A stretch of DNA of 64,000 nt from Sphyrna mokarran (lineage: Eukaryota), in assembly GCA_024679065.1 (NCBI GenBank), contig JAGIQG010000015.1:38812001-38876000 (forward strand), read 5' to 3'. Made by a program: the position numbers and the translations under genes. The notes under the pieces are model-generated. The model was not told where the DNA came from. It worked only from the letters and a program-made list of their open reading frames with translations, and did not search any database. Numbering within the stretch: the stretch's first letter is position 1; each line of letters opens with the position of its first letter. Positions 1 to 14,486 of this stretch are shown here, piece after piece.

Positions 1-892
1 GTTGAAGCTCTACATTGCTATATAGTTGAACTGTTGCTCTTGTGTCCAAGCTGTGGTCACAAGGATGGCTACAGTGCACCTGTATTTCATATTAAAATGT
101 GTTGCTTACTATTGTATTCTTAGCAAAGCATAAACCAATGCATTCAGCTATCTAATGACCAATTAATGACTGTCCTGCTTGTTGGAGATGGAGGTAAATT
201 GAGTCTTTGTGTTTCGGTTGGTTTAAAGGTGGAATGTTTAGCATTGGAAGATTAAAATTGTATTTAGTCTTCATTGGTAGCCTTGGGTAACTTGTGTTCT
301 AATAATAGCCTCACACCAACGTACCTGAGATTGATAACCCAGTGAAGATGTCTGATCAATTTTCACATTCTGTTTGAGCAGAGGCATCACTTCTGTCTTG
401 AACATTACCTATCAGTTAGTCACAATTACTGTTTTTATTCAGTGGGATCAACAATTTGTAAAAATTAATTGTGTTTTTTTTTATGTTATGCACATATCAA
501 AGTAAAAGCTCTTCCCAATTTTAAGTCTCTCAAAACACGTCTCATAGAGTGAATTTTGTTGTGCAGATTTCATCTGTGTTTGAACTGAAGTCCAGTAAAT
601 ACTATCTGATGCTGATAATGTAACTATGTTGTCATCAAGCTCTGAAAAATTGGTATGCTAACAGACATAAAACTGTTGAAATTAAGTCAGCAGTAGTCAG
701 TTAGTATTTTTCATTAATCAGTGAATTGATATTTTCATGTTGGATTTGGACCTGAAAATTGGCATTTTTTTAAATAAATGAAAATTTCACTTATCCAGTT
801 AAACCTGTTATAGTTCTGAAAGAAACCCAGACATTTTTAAAAAATAAAATGGAAACCTGCAATTAAAAACACAGTTGTAGAAATTTCTACAT

Positions 893-1183
893 GTAGAATC
901 ATAGAATCCTACAATGCACTAGGAGGCCATTCAGCCTATCAAGTCTGCACCAACCATAATCCCACCCAGGCCATATCCCCACAACTCTATGCATTTACCC
1001 TAGCTAGTCTCCCTGACGCTAAGGGGCAATTTAGCATGGCCAATCCATCTAACCTGCACAACTTTGGACTGGGAGGAAACAGGAGCACCTGTAGCAAGTT
1101 CCACACAGACCGTGACGCAAGTTGGGAATCAAACCTGGGTCCCTGGTGCTGTGAGGCAACAATGCCAGCCACTGTGCTGCCCC
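893..1183 (-). mobile_element. HE1-like tRNA-derived V-SINE (internally deleted)
   Basis: Minus strand reads gggcagcacagtggc...cagggacccaggtttgattccc (tRNA-like head with B-box), a partial V-domain (ggtgctcctgtttcctcccagtccaaag), then a CR1-type tail ending (gattctat)n. Confidence 0.85.
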
Positions 1184-1503
1184 ATCAAGTGAAGAGTTCG
1201 ATTTGTGGTGAAAGGTACACTACTAAAATGCTGACTTGTTTTTTCCCCTGGAGTGCTGATTTACCTGGTATGCATTTTCTGCAACTTTGGTTTAACCCTT
1301 TGTCTTAAATTCATAAATTAACATTCTCATAATTTTTACACTGTGACACAAATTGATTAATAGTTCATTGATCTGACATAATACATCAGTTGCATCTCCA
1401 AGAGGCAGTGTGCTTTTAAAAAATACGATGTATTATAAGCACATTGGCCAAAGAACAGATGGTTGTGGGATCACCTGAGATGTGGAAAAAAAGGAGAATA
1501 TTT

Positions 1504-2198
1504 GTGCTGTTAGAAGCAAAACTCCAAGTTACATTAGGGTGCCAGATAAGACCCTAACAATTTTTCTATTTCCTCACAAATGTGAGGAAAGGATATTTTG
1601 CTTCAGGAGTAATTCCACTGACAAATTAGGGATCTTTTATAGTAAAACAAACTTTATTTAATAACACAGTTTAAATATAAATATAACTCTAACAAATGAA
1701 GGAGCTTAACCATTAACAGTTGAACAGTATTTAAAAATGGAAGGAGACAATTTTAAGTTCTAATTTATGACTGTTTTAGTTCCAAAGAAACAACATTCAT
1801 CGTACAGATTTAAAGACCATTTCAAATATAGTTAGCAATCACAAATAGTGCAGACAGTTCTGAAACTTTCTGAAAGAAAATTAGTTTAGAAGCCTTTAAA
1901 GTCCTTCTCACTTCAACTGAAAACTCCAACTCACTACTTTTCCCTCTAAGACCCAAGACTGAACATAACCCACATCATCACATAACTTTGTCAATCAATA
2001 ATCTGAAATCTCAGGAGAACTTACGAAAATAAAAGTCCATTAACTCGACAAAGCATAATCACTTACAAAGCCAAAATGAGTAATTATCTTGCTTCCTCAG
2101 CATCTGAGCTGAATTACCCACAGACATACTGACTGCAGCATAAAGCTGATTATTTTAAAAACATTCCCCATAAGCATAAAAATATATATTCTCCATAT
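1504..2198 (-). mobile_element. Possible solo LTR
   Basis: TG...CA bounded ~700 bp segment with a minus-strand AATAAA near 1652-1657. No partner LTR or coding sequence seen; boundaries are a guess. Confidence 0.25.
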
Positions 2199-2328
2199 CA
2201 ATACACCACTATCATGCATAAAATTGTTTTAGCAGAAGTGGTATAGAGCTGAATAGAATTAAACAACTAACCATAAATTGGTGCAACAACTAAGTAGAGA
2301 GAAAAATAATGTGAGAGAAAGGAGCAAG

Positions 2329-2576
2329 TGCGCGTTCTCCCCGTGCTTCCATGGGTTTTCTCCGGGTGCTCCGGTTTCCTCCCACATCCCAAAGATGTGC
2401 TCTTAGGCTAATTGGGAAAACAAATTCTCCCTAAATTGTCTCAAATTTGGTTTTTAATCCATAGATCTCTAAACATAGACAGGGATCACGGGTAGAGGTG
2501 GGAACATCGGGGAGGTGGCGTGGGCTCGTTGGGCTGAAGGGCCTGTTTCCTATGTTGTTTTGTTCTTTGTTCTTTG
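2329..2576 (+). mobile_element. 3' fragment of the V-domain-carrying CR1-like LINE family (copy 1)
   Basis: V-domain (gggttttctccgggtgctccggtttcctcccacatcccaaagatgtgc) plus a family-specific tail ending (ttgttct)n; near-identical to 30430..30673. Confidence 0.9.
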
Positions 2577-3990
2577 AAACTGCATGTATTATAATATGCA
2601 GATTGTGGAAAAAGTAAACTGAGCAAATACTTTGTAGGATGATCTAGACTTAGTGTTATTGTTAGTGTCAATGGAAAATAAAACAATTGGAATATAATAA
2701 ATGTAAGAGAAATAGAAAAAAATGGAGTGGCAGTATTGGTAAAACAATAGTACATGCTGTTGAGATGTTGATATTGGCAAGAAATACTTTGTGAATATGA
2801 TTGGGACTTGAGGATAAAGAGCTAGTTGTATGGATAAAGGTATATTACAAACCTCTAAATTTTGGGAAAAAGATTGAAACAATAATTTTGTCAGATTAGT
2901 GAAATGAGTAGGCACAGCAATTGTTGAGAGCAATTTGAATTATCCACTTATCAACAAGGACAGTGAGGAAGGATATGGATGTCTTAAAATATGATTACAA
3001 GACTGGAGTAGCTGCTGCATCTGGCTGATATACAAATAGATGCAAGTCGATTTAGCTAAATGTGGATGAGCAACTTGGGAGTAAAGACCACGGTATGAAA
3101 TGGTTTAAGAGACAACTTGAAAGGGGGAAAAATTCTTATGAAAAATGGAGCCCAAGATTTAATTGAAGCAGTTATTAAGAAGGTGAGCAGTGGCCAGTGG
3201 AGGAGAAATTGACACACGCAACTGCATAGGACAATTGAATGTTTCTAAAAAGTGATTTCAAAGATACTGAATAACAATGTTGCATTAGAACTGAAGGAAA
3301 CTATTGGTAGTTTTAGTATGCCTTGGATAACTAACGGCAAGAGAATTGATTTTAGAATTGAAGATGGCTATTGTGGACTAATAATCATGAAAAAACTGAA
3401 GATCTAAGGAAATGAAAGGTGTGGGAGAAAAAAAATGAAATGGAACATGCCCTTAAGGGAAAGGACTGTAAGTTTGTAGATGATAAAAAAAAATTGTTGG
3501 GCATTTAACAAATATCAAGCATCAGTCTTTACTCCAGAGAAGGATTTTGGAAAAGAGGTGAATTTTGAAAAGGGAGAACGAGCTGAGCAATATTACAATG
3601 GATAAAATGTAGATGTTGGTTAGACTGCCAGAATATAAAAAAATCAGAACCAAATGGGATGCATCCTCATGCGGAAATAAATTGTCAAGGTATTATGTTT
3701 CAAGACTCTGAATTTATGTCAGAAGACTGGAGGGTAGCCAAATTAAATTGACAACCTGAGATAACACTGATAATTTCAGGACACTTGTTTTAATGTTTGT
3801 GGTTGGGATAATTTCAAAGTTTTCCATTAATGATGAAATTACTATGTATCTGGACAAAGAGAATTGCCACTGGCACAGATTACCAAAGAGATGGTCATGC
3901 TTGACAAATCTTTTGAGTCCTTAGAGTGTAAGATCTGGTAAATGGTGGGAAATGCAGTGTATATTGTCTGGTTGAGCAAATGGCATACTT
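2577..3990 (+). mobile_element. Ancient, heavily decayed CR1 ORF2 remnant
   Basis: Degenerate traces of the endonuclease start (ctgcatgtattataat), PEDWR-A (cagaagactggagggtagcc) and SCLTNL (tcatgcttgacaaatc); many stops and indels. Confidence 0.6.
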
Positions 3991-6900
3991 CCATCTTGTA
4001 ACTTATAACAATATATAAGATGTGTTGAATAAAATGTATTAATTGATGTAATCAGAGAGAGAGTAAAAGCATTTTCAGGTAAATTCTATTAATACACAAA
4101 CTGTTCAACAGAATTAAAACAAGGCAAGCCTTTTTTTATACATAGTTGGTTTTGAATTTATTGAAATATTTCATATTAATTATCCTATCTCTCAAGTACG
4201 AACATAGTTTTGTTTAGAGAATTTTCAAAGTTGTCAGTTCTCCGAAGTGACAAGTATTGAAATGCTTTTATTGTAAGCCCCTTTTTAAATTGGAGTAGCA
4301 TCTTTTATTTCTTTGGTGGATTTATTACGAAGTTTTTAACACTGTTCAGCCTGTTGTGCTGATGGTGCTGTAGTTTGACCATCAACATTTCTGCTCAAGA
4401 TGTAAATGTTACTCTTCCCAATATTTAACTGTCTCTTGTTGGAAGTGCACACAAATAATTAATATTTTATGAGGGTAGAATTGAACTCTGCTCTGATGCT
4501 ATTCTATCTCCTCACCAATGATTTAACACTCTGCAAATACTTGCTGTCAGTGTTCATAAATAAAAAAAAAAAATGCTGCAGTGGATAAGGTAAGTTTTTC
4601 TGGAATGCATGCAATTATATTGCTCCAGGAAAGAAGACAACCCAGTTAAATTATACTTGTGCTAATCTTTTCATTGGGCTCAAAACAACTACAGTCTCTG
4701 AGAGACTGAGACAAATGCAAAAGTATTAACAGACTGTCTCAGTCCTTCTGATAATATGAGTTCATGGTAGAAAATCCTTGCTGGTTCACAATCTGCTCTA
4801 ATAGTTCATAATATTTGGTGAATTGGCTGGATGAGTGAACGTTTAATGGTGCCCTGCTATAAGAACTGGCTGACAGAGCAAATTAATCTTTATCTCCAAT
4901 TAAGGGTTACACCTCAAAACTCAGCCATTAGTCAACATTTTGTTTGGGCCTTAATTTATCAGTTCGTTGCTGCTGCTGAAAAATTCCAGGCCCAAGCAGA
5001 CTTGCCTACTTTTGTGAAACTGTGGGTGGAGTAACAAGAATGTAATCAGCTTGCTGGGAGGGAGTTACTTTGTGCAGCAAATTAAGTATTGACCAACTGA
5101 GCCATATATAGATATATCAGTTCTACTAGATACTTTCAGGTACAAGTCTGTCAATCTTACCTAGTTTTTTCTGTTAATTTTTAATGGGGTCCTGTAGGCT
5201 AGTTGTATAGGAAGTCTTTACATTGCTGTAAACTGATGAGCATTATAGTACAGAAATGAGCCTGTGGCTGGTAATGAAAATTGTTAGATCTATATTTCTG
5301 GAGTAGAGTTTGCACTGGATGTTTAATCGGGACTAGATTTCTTGAGTAATATGGTGTGACAAGCTTTAGTTGTGAAATACTGTCTTGTTCCTGCAGGTCT
5401 CTAGAGAGTGCAAAGTAGAGCAATCTGCTACCAGCCTGTACTTCAGCAATCGAACCCTTCTCCCTGAGCTTATGCTTTGCACTGTTAATTATTGCCACTT
5501 TCTTGTGCTGCGAGAGCTTAGTGGTTGTGAGAAGAGGTGATGAATTTTCTTTGAAGATTAATTTTGAATTCTAGTTATTTTTAACCATTAAGCAATTGGT
5601 TTCCTATCTAGTTTCATCTATGTATTGTAACAGTGAACTAATTTCCAAATTACTCTCTCAACTTTCCATGGACTGAAAAAGTAGCATCTTGTTTCTTGTA
5701 TAAATAAATTAAAAGGTAATGAAAATTTCATTCATGCCTTGGTCGTCTATTATCTTTTCTACATAGTTGATTGACATAGACTGGTGTAAGAGAGCTGAAG
5801 TTTAACACAAAAATGAACTGGTTTTGGTAATTTCATGTCATTTTCAGTATTGTTTCCTGTTTTCTCTTTTTCAGTTTGTTTCTGAAGATGATGTGGTAAG
5901 GCCTTGTGGTTAAGAAGTCATGACAGGTCTCAGGATGTAGGAATCAGTGAAGGAAGTACAGCGTGCCTTACTTTGGAATCGCCTCTGGTGAGGATATTTA
6001 AAAAGTGTCAGCTTGTGCTACAGAAACAAAGCACATATTTCATGAACCCAACAATGAGTAAATTAAAAGTTCAAATGAAAACAATATTGGAAATATAACA
6101 CTGTGCATAAATCAACAACAGTTGTAAAAATCTTTTGTGTTGCATCAGTTTTGTGACACTAATAGATTCCCACATTTCCTAGGCATTCAAAATTGAGAGT
6201 TTAACCTGATTCCTAATGTCCCGTCTGGTGTCTGTTCATTTGAAGGCTTGGTGCCTTTAAATTTTTTTGCACAGCAGCAACCATGACCACACAGTAACTT
6301 AGAGAGGACTTGATTTGCAACAGAGTCATATACATGGTTGATAAAACATTTTCCACTCTTTCTGTCCACTTTGCTTCTGTCATTTGCTGTGTCTCTTTTT
6401 TAAACTTCTGCTTTTCTACTTTTTTCATATGTTAGCTGTGCTATGAAAGGAGAGAAGAAATTGCTACGATCTCGATTGAGGCCAATGGCATTTTAAAATG
6501 AAATTTGAACTTCTAGATAATAGCTGAAAAGGATGACGCATCAAGAATTCATGTTGAGATTTTTACTATAGCAGATAACAAAAATTTGCAAAGCACTGTT
6601 TTTGAAAGCAACCTACATTTTGTACTTAACAAATATAGCACACTCCACAGAATTAGAGCTCTTGTAGCAAATAATACAGTCACTTCCAGTTTCCAATGGA
6701 TGCATATTTTTCCATTTCACTTGATATTAACCATGTCCAGATGCTTCTCTCTGCTTTTGGAACGTTTCCCAAATTATTTCCAGCTGTAAAACCCACTCTG
6801 ATGATACTTATTCACCCCAAACCACTTGCCACACTTGGACAAATCTCCCAGATTCTTTAGATGGCTATGAAATCCATCTCTCCCACCTTTGGTAGCTCAC

Positions 6901-9379
6901 AAAGAACAATAGCCTCCTCTCTCTGCTGTTTCTCCCTCTCTTGGAACTGACAAGTCTATTTATTGTCATTTGTTCCAAGGTCTGAGAATTTGGAACTCTT
7001 TAATTCTAATTTGAGTTGAAAGACACAGTTTCATCTTACCTCATAATTGTAACAAAATGACTATCTTGGCTTAATCCAACCTGCTTAAGTGTTACTATTG
7101 CTTAATTCAGAGATAAATTGGTGGTAATACTTTGGAGAGATGAAAGGGCTTCCACAGCAGATATATGAAGCATTACTAACCCCTCTCTTTGTAGCTATCT
7201 CCAATCCCCTCCATCCCACCCCATGAATTTAATCAAAAGAATTTGTGCTTAAATTATGTATTCTTGACAATTTTGCATTGTTGTTCCAGTTAACACACAC
7301 TTTATTCAGGATTTTCAAATTTCTCAACCTATCCTGGACAGGTCATAGACCTAACTTCATTGCTTCGTGGAATTTGTTTCTTTTTTTAATCACAGTAATA
7401 CTGACCTAATGTAAGTGTTGAGAATATGTTGTACATCGATCAATCTGGTTTCAACAGTTTATTAACTTAATTAAATAGTCACTTGTGAGAATGTGAAATG
7501 CACATCTGTTCAAAAAGAAAATTAATTTGGAATCCACTTTTCCTCCGATAAAGTCACCTCAGATATTTTGTGACAGGGATTCTATAAATGTTGCTTTTTG
7601 GTCATGGAACCACAATTCCAAAAATCATGTTTCCTTTAATGCTTATCAATTTTTTTCCTTCCTCTCCATCCTTGCCCTTTTCCACGATCTCTTACTAGGA
7701 TAGCAGAATTTCTTTTGGTACTATGGTGTGGCAAGGATTGGGGGAGAGGAAATTAGGTTGGAGATATCACGTGGTTTGCTAAGATTAGTAATAGTTAAGC
7801 TGCAACTTTTTATTCATTGTCAATCTAATGGTCTGTACAAGTTTTGATACTTGTATCGACCTTTATTTAGGTAAGAATGTTATTCTAATGAAATCAGCAT
7901 TAATGCTTATTGTAATTTTTTTAATATGATTATGTCACTCCTTCTAAAGCTTCTGTCCTTCAAGTTTTTAAACCAAACTACCACTATTTTCTGTTTACTG
8001 ACTTTCAACTCTTCTCATCAGGTAAACTCTTATTCCCTTTTGCAAGTTGGTTTTGATATATTTATGACTCCACAAGAGACATGAAGGTGTGATTTAAAAA
8101 GACCACATTTCAAGGTATGTACCTCAAACTTGGTAATTCTGTATTTGATAAACTTGTTCCTGATTTGTTTACTGACCATCCCAGTTTAGTATTATTTGCA
8201 AACTCAGTTTTAAATCTTTTCCCACTTCATTATAAACAGTATTGATCCCCTAGGCATCTCACATTGCATTGTTCTATGCCCCTTCAACTCCTTTGCTTTA
8301 GATGCTTTTCAAGCTATTGTAGAAGTACTCCACTCTTACCAAGCATTCTAACATTGTGGCTCAATCTCCTCTTGTGCATTGTATCAAATGCTTTACTAAA
8401 ATCTAAATAAAGGACATTCAAGTGATTTTCTGTCCAGGTTATAGTGAAGGTAATGGCACTGGTTGTTAGTATGGACTAAATTTGACAGCAGTGGCTAACT
8501 TCTGCCCATCTGCAGTTGAATGCAGAGATTCCACAAACATTGCTACATCAGTTCTTCTTGAAGAGAATTGGCAGTCAAGCATATGAAAGGAGTGAAGCTG
8601 TGGCACTTGCCTGTGAATGTGTCAAAAAAAAAAATTAGGGCATGTCCATTCAAGTACAAGTGAAATTGGTGTGATAAATTTTAATTACTGTCAAACAATC
8701 TTTCTAGTACTGAAAATATACTTGCAAAAATATGGTGGCTCATTCCTTCAATCTTAATAATTAGAGATTTCATAAGTTATTTTAACTATTTGTCTCTTGT
8801 CTCTTCAATTCCATCTTTTCACCTTAATTTTGTGACTTTACATTGAATCAGTTACTCTGCATTGTAATCTTGATTTAGATTCTGCTTGTCTCAGTAACGA
8901 TATTTCTATCTGATTTATTGAAGAAATAAGTGGTTGCCTTGATCTTACAACATTCAGACCTCTGTAGAGGTTACCACGTTGTATCAAATTCCCAATGACC
9001 ATAAATTTCTGTACAAACGTCTGGACAGCTGTAGATGTAATGAATAATGAGTGCCATTTGTTTGCTACTGACTATAAATTCCAGACCAACTTGTTTTATA
9101 CTCCCCATCCCATCAGTTTTGACTCTCTCAATTAGGTTTTTTTATAAACTCCCTTATTTTAATTCTTGTAAGTGCTGTTTTTGGTCCACTTTGGGTTTTC
9201 ATATCTGAAGGAAGCAATTTTTTGTCTTTTGTCCCTTTTCTCTAGGGTTTGTCTGTTTCAGTTACCACACAGTTTTGAGTTTACCATTACCTTCTATCTT
9301 GAATTAACAAATACGTATTCATGAAATTGTTCTACTGTTCTTTTCCCTTCTAAAATAATAAACTGATCTACTGCTCATA

Positions 9380-11000
9380 GCTTGGTTGTCATGCCATTGA
9401 ATGTCAAAAAGGGGAAGAAATAGAATGAGTGAACTAGCCTGGAATATAAAAACAGATTGCAAGAGCTTTTACAAGTGTGTATGTAAAGGAAGACAGTCAC
9501 TACAGCAAACATTGATCCCTTAAAAGCAGAGTCAGAAGAAATTATCATGAGGAAATGACAGTGCCATTGTTTTGTAACTGTCATCACAGTATAGAAAGCA
9601 CAAGTTACATGCCAGAAATAGAGTAACCTATATAGGATGAAAAAATTAAAGTAATTAATAGAACAAAGAACAAAACAGTATGGGAAACAGGCCCTTTGGC
9701 CCAACGAGCCTGTGCCGCCACCTCAATGTTCCTATTTCTACCCATGATCCCTGTTTATGTTTATAGATCTATGCATTGAAACCAAATTTGAGACCGTTTG
9801 GCAGAACAACTGCTCCCTAATGAGCCTAAGAACATATCTTTGGGATGTGGGAGGAAACCGGAGCACCCGGAGAAAACCCACGCAAGCACGGGGAGAATGC
9901 GCAAACTCCCACAGATACAGGCCCAAATCCATGTATCTGCACAGCACAACGATAGTCACTGAGCTGTCGTGTTGCCTATCAAATGGTCCAGGTCCAGCGT
10001 ACACTAATGACGTGAAGCACTAGGATACTCTCAAAATCCAAGAGCAGCCTCTCATGACCCATCGTGTGTATGCCCCTTGTTAGACAACAAGGTGGACCGA
10101 AGTACCTGTAGGATATAACAAATATATCAATGTCATCGACAATTTACACACTTCCCAGGGAACTCCCAAGGCTCATGATCCCTATTTTAAATCAGTTTTC
10201 TATATCCCTCCATTCCCATTCTGTTCATGTGCCCATCTAAGTATCTCTTAAATAACTCCAGACTGCCTGCCTCCACCACTTTACTTGGTAGCGCGTTCCA
10301 TACCCCCACCACCCTCTGTGTGAAAAAACTCCCTCTAGCACCAAATTATACTTTACCCCCTCCCCCCCTCACCCTAAGCCCGTGACCCCTCATGCTATTT
10401 GAGTCCATCCTAGGAAAAAGCTTAACCCTGTTTACTCTATCTATACCCCTTATAATCTTGTACGCCTCTATTAGATCTCCTCTAAGTCTACGTCTTTCTA
10501 AGGAAAACAGTCCCAATTTGCCTAACCTGTCCTCGTAACTCAAATCTTCCATACCAGGCAGCATCCTGGTAAACCTTCTCTGCACTCTCTCCAGAGTCTC
10601 CACGTCCTTCCAGTATTAGCAAGAGAAAAAGTACTTGAGAAATTCAAGACATTAAAATCTGACTAATCTCCAGGATTTGATCGTCTACATCCTAGAGTTC
10701 TAAAAGAGATGATAGCAGAGATAGCGGATGAGCTGGCGACGATTTTCTAAAATACCCATGATTCTGAATGATCCCAGCACGTTGAAAGCTGACAAATGTA
10801 ACGCCACTATTCAAGAAACAAGGAACAGATATAAGGAAGATCCACAGGCCAGTTAGCCTGACATCGGGTGGTGGGACAGTGCTGGAATCTAATATTAAGG
10901 AAGTTTGAATAATACAATTAGAAAACGTTAGTACAATTAGAACAAGTCAGCTAGTTTTATGAAAAGGAAATCCTGTTTGAAAAATGTGTAAACTTTTGGA
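9380..11000 (+). mobile_element. Old CR1 ORF2 fragment split by the younger insertion at 9661..10615
   Basis: Decayed PLK, SPG-D-LHPRVLKE and ANVTPLFKK motifs read through on both sides of the insert. Confidence 0.6.
9661..10615 (-). mobile_element. 5'-truncated V-domain-carrying CR1-like LINE (copy 2)
   Basis: ORF 10346..10603 (LERVQRRFTRMLPG...RRLRGDLIEAYK) is the CR1 ORF2 C-terminus, followed by the structured 3' UTR, V-domain and (ttgttct)n tail at 9661. Confidence 0.92.
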
Positions 11001-11669
11001 AAATAATTTGTGTTGTATTCCTTTTTGTTGCTTAATGTAAGATGGATGTTAAATTGAACCATATTTTACTTCCAACGTGCATTGTCACTCTAACCTACTG
11101 CTTCAGCATTACCTGTTGTTACAAGCAAGAAGTTCAGTGTCACTTCCTGTATTGTAAATTACTTAATCATTTAGGTCATGTGAGCAGTTCACTATCACAC
11201 CCAAAAATACACATTTTTCAATTGTACCTGTTGAGGTCCTGATAAATTGAAACCTTAGAGGACAAATGGTTATTTTTTCCTCATTTACACCTTGTGTGTG
11301 TGGTGTTTTGGGGCTTTTTTATTGATCTAGTGGCTAGTTTCATTCCAGTCATTAGTTTCTTTATTTTAATGTCATTTAATTTGGTACACAATGCTTTCAT
11401 TACATTTGTACCCCATTCCAATTAGTCCAAGGGCTTTCTCAATACTAAATTAGAAGAGCCATCCTTCCTAATTTATTCTTTCTATTTAGCCCTTACACCT
11501 ATAAAGTTAATACTAAGCCTGTTGTTAGTTAATTAAATCATGCCCCTAATAACAGAATATATTTCATTATGTAAAGTTTGATATCTCCCATTTTATTTGT
11601 GACATTCGTGATTTACACATGGAAAGTTGAGGGCTTTATTATCTCTAATCTTAAGACTTCTATGTCATT

Positions 11670-14486
11670 TTCGAGGTCGCAGCAATGTATTGACAGGCAG
11701 GAGAGTGGTTTGAAGTGTGTGTACTTTAATGCTAGGAGCATACGCAATAAGGTGGATGAACTTGCAGCCTGGATTGGTATCTGGGATTTTGATGTTGTGG
11801 CCGTTTTGGAGATATGGATAGAGCAGGGACAGGAATGGTTGTTGCAGGTTCTGGGGTTCAGATGTTTCAGTCAGAGCAGAAAAGGGGGAGGCGTGGCATT
11901 GTTAGTCAAGGATAGTATTATGGTGGCAGAAAGGACGTTTGATGTGGACTCGTCTATTGAGGTAGTATGGGCTGAGATTAGAAATAGGGAAGGAGAGGTC
12001 ACCCTGTTGGGAGTTGTTTGTAGGCCTCCAAAAAGTTCCAGAGATGTAAAGGAAAGGATTGCAAAGATGATCCTGGATAGCGGCAAAAGAAACAGGGTAG
12101 TTGTTATGGGGACTTCAACTTTACAAATATTGATTGGAAAAGCTATAATTCAAGTACGTTAGAGGGGTCAGTGTTTGTTCAATGTGTGCAAGAAGGTTTT
12201 CTGACACGGTATGTAGGTAGGCCAACAAGAGATGAGGCCACATTGGATTTGGTACTGGGTAATGAACCAGACCAGGTGTTAGACTTGGAGGTACGTGAGC
12301 ACTTTGGTGATAGTGACCACAATTCGTTTATGTTTACCTTAGTGATGGAAAGGGATAGGTATATACCGAAGGGCAGAAGTTATATCTGGGGGAAAGGAAA
12401 TTGAGGTGATTAGGTGAGATTTAGGATACATAGTTTGGAGTACGAAACTGCAGGGAACAACTGAAATGTGGAGCTTGTTCAAGGAGCAGCTACTGCGAGT
12501 CCTTGATTAAATATGTACCGGTCAGGCAGGGAGGAAGTGATCGAGTGAGGGAATCGTGGTGTACTAAGGAAGTTGAATCTCTGGTGAAGAGGAAGAAGGA
12601 GGCTTATGTAAAGATGAGACGTAAAGGTTCAGTTAGGGCACTGGAGAGTTACAAATTAACCGGGAAGGAGCTAAAGAGAGAGTTAAGAAGAGCTAGAAGA
12701 AGACATGAGAAGACTTTGGCAGGTAGGATCAAGGAGAACCCTAAAGCTTTCTATTAAGTATGTTAGGAATAAAAGATTGATTAGGGCCAGTCAGAGACAG
12801 CAGTGGGAAGTTGTGCATGGAGTCTGAAGAGATAGGAGAGCACTAAATGAATATTTGTCAGTATTCATGCAGGAAAAAGTCAGTGTAGTCGAGAAGAATA
12901 CTGAGATACAGGCTTTTAGACTAAATGGGATTGAGGTACTTGAGGAGCAAGTGTTAGCAATTCTTGAGTGTGAAATAGATAAGTCCCCTGGGCCAGATGG
13001 GATTTATCTTAGAATTCGTTGGAAGGCTTGGGAGGAGATTGCAGATCCTTTGGATTTGATCTTTATGTTGTCATTGGCTACAGGTATAATGCCAGAAGAC
13101 TTGAAGATAGCAAACGTTGTCCCCTTGTTCAAGAAGGGAAGTAGAGACCATACTGGAAATTATAGACCAGTGAGCCTTACTTCTATTGTGGGCAAAGTTT
13201 TGGAAAGAATTATAAGAGGATTTATAATCATCTAGAGAGAAATAATTTGATTAGGGATATTCAACATGGTTTTGTGAAGGGTAGATCGTGCTCACAAACC
13301 TTATCGAGTCCTTTGAAAAGGTGACCAAAGAGGTGGATAAGGATAAAGCAGTTGACGTGGTGTATATGGATTTTAGCAAAGTGTTTGCTAAGGTTCCCCA
13401 TGGTAGGCTACTGCAGAAAATACGGATGCGTGAGATTGAGAGTGATTTAGCAATTTGGATCAGGAATTGGCTAGCTGATACAAGACAAAGGTTGGTGGTT
13501 GATGGGAAATATTCAACCTGGAGTTCAGTTACTAGTAGTGTACCACAGGAATCTGTTTTGAGGACACTGTTGTTTGTCATTTTTATAAATGACCTAGATG
13601 AGGGTGTAGAAGGATGGGTTAGTAAATTTGCTCATGACACTAAATTCGGAGAAGTTGTAGACAGTGAGGGTGGATGTTACAGTTTGCAGAGGGACAAAGA
13701 TAAGCTGCAGAGCTGGCTGAGAAGTTCCAAATGGAGTTTAATGCAGAAAAATGAGAGTTGATTCACTTTGGATTACAGGACATAGGGCTAATGGAAGGAT
13801 TCTTAGTAATGTCGACGAGCAGAGATCTCGGTGTACATGTGCATAGATCCCTGAAAGCTGGCACCCAGGTTGTTAAGGCATACAGTATGTTAGCTTTTAT
13901 TGGTAGAGGGATTGAATTTCAGAGCTGTGAGATCATGTTGCAACTGTACAAAATGCTGGTGCGGTCGCACTTGGAGTATTGCATACAGTTTTGTTTGCCA
14001 CATTACAAGAAAGATGTGGAAGCATTGGAAAGGGTGCAGCGGAGGTTTACCAGGATGTTGCCTGATATGGTCGGAAGGTCTTATGAGGAAAGGCTGAGGG
14101 ACTTGAGGTTGTTTTTGTTAGAGGGAAGAAGGTTAAGAGGTGACCTAATTGAGGCATACAAGATGATCAGAGGATTAGATAGGGTGGACAGTGAGAGCCT
14201 TTTTCCTCGGATGATGATGGCTAACATGAGGGGACATAGCTTTAAATTGAGGGGTGATAATTATAGGACAGATGTCAGAGGTAGGTTCTTTACTCAGAGG
14301 GTAGTAAGAGCATGGAATGCCCTGCCTGCAGCAGTTGTGGACTTGCCAACTTTAAGGGTGTTTAAATGGTCAGTGGATAGGCATATGGATAATATTGGCA
14401 TAGTTTAGATGAGAGGGTCATTAGATTCTTTCCACTGGTCAGTGCAACATCGAGGGCCTGTACTGCGCTGTAATGTTCTATGTTCT
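11670..14486 (+). mobile_element. CR1 LINE, near-complete but frameshifted ORF2 (APE endonuclease + RT)
   Basis: ORF pieces YFNARSIRNK, DLVLGNE, FGDSDHN, KSPGPDGI, NYRPVSLTS, YMDFSK, KFAHDTK, HLEYC, RRLRGDLIE; short 3' UTR ending tgttctatgttct. Confidence 0.93.

Noticed and set aside
4575-5901. Possible FBXO34 5' UTR exons (strong donor AAG|GTAAGT at 4589/4590; 21-nt micro-exon 5875..5895)
   Set aside because: Splice-like motifs alone are common in AT-rich introns; no homology or transcript support.
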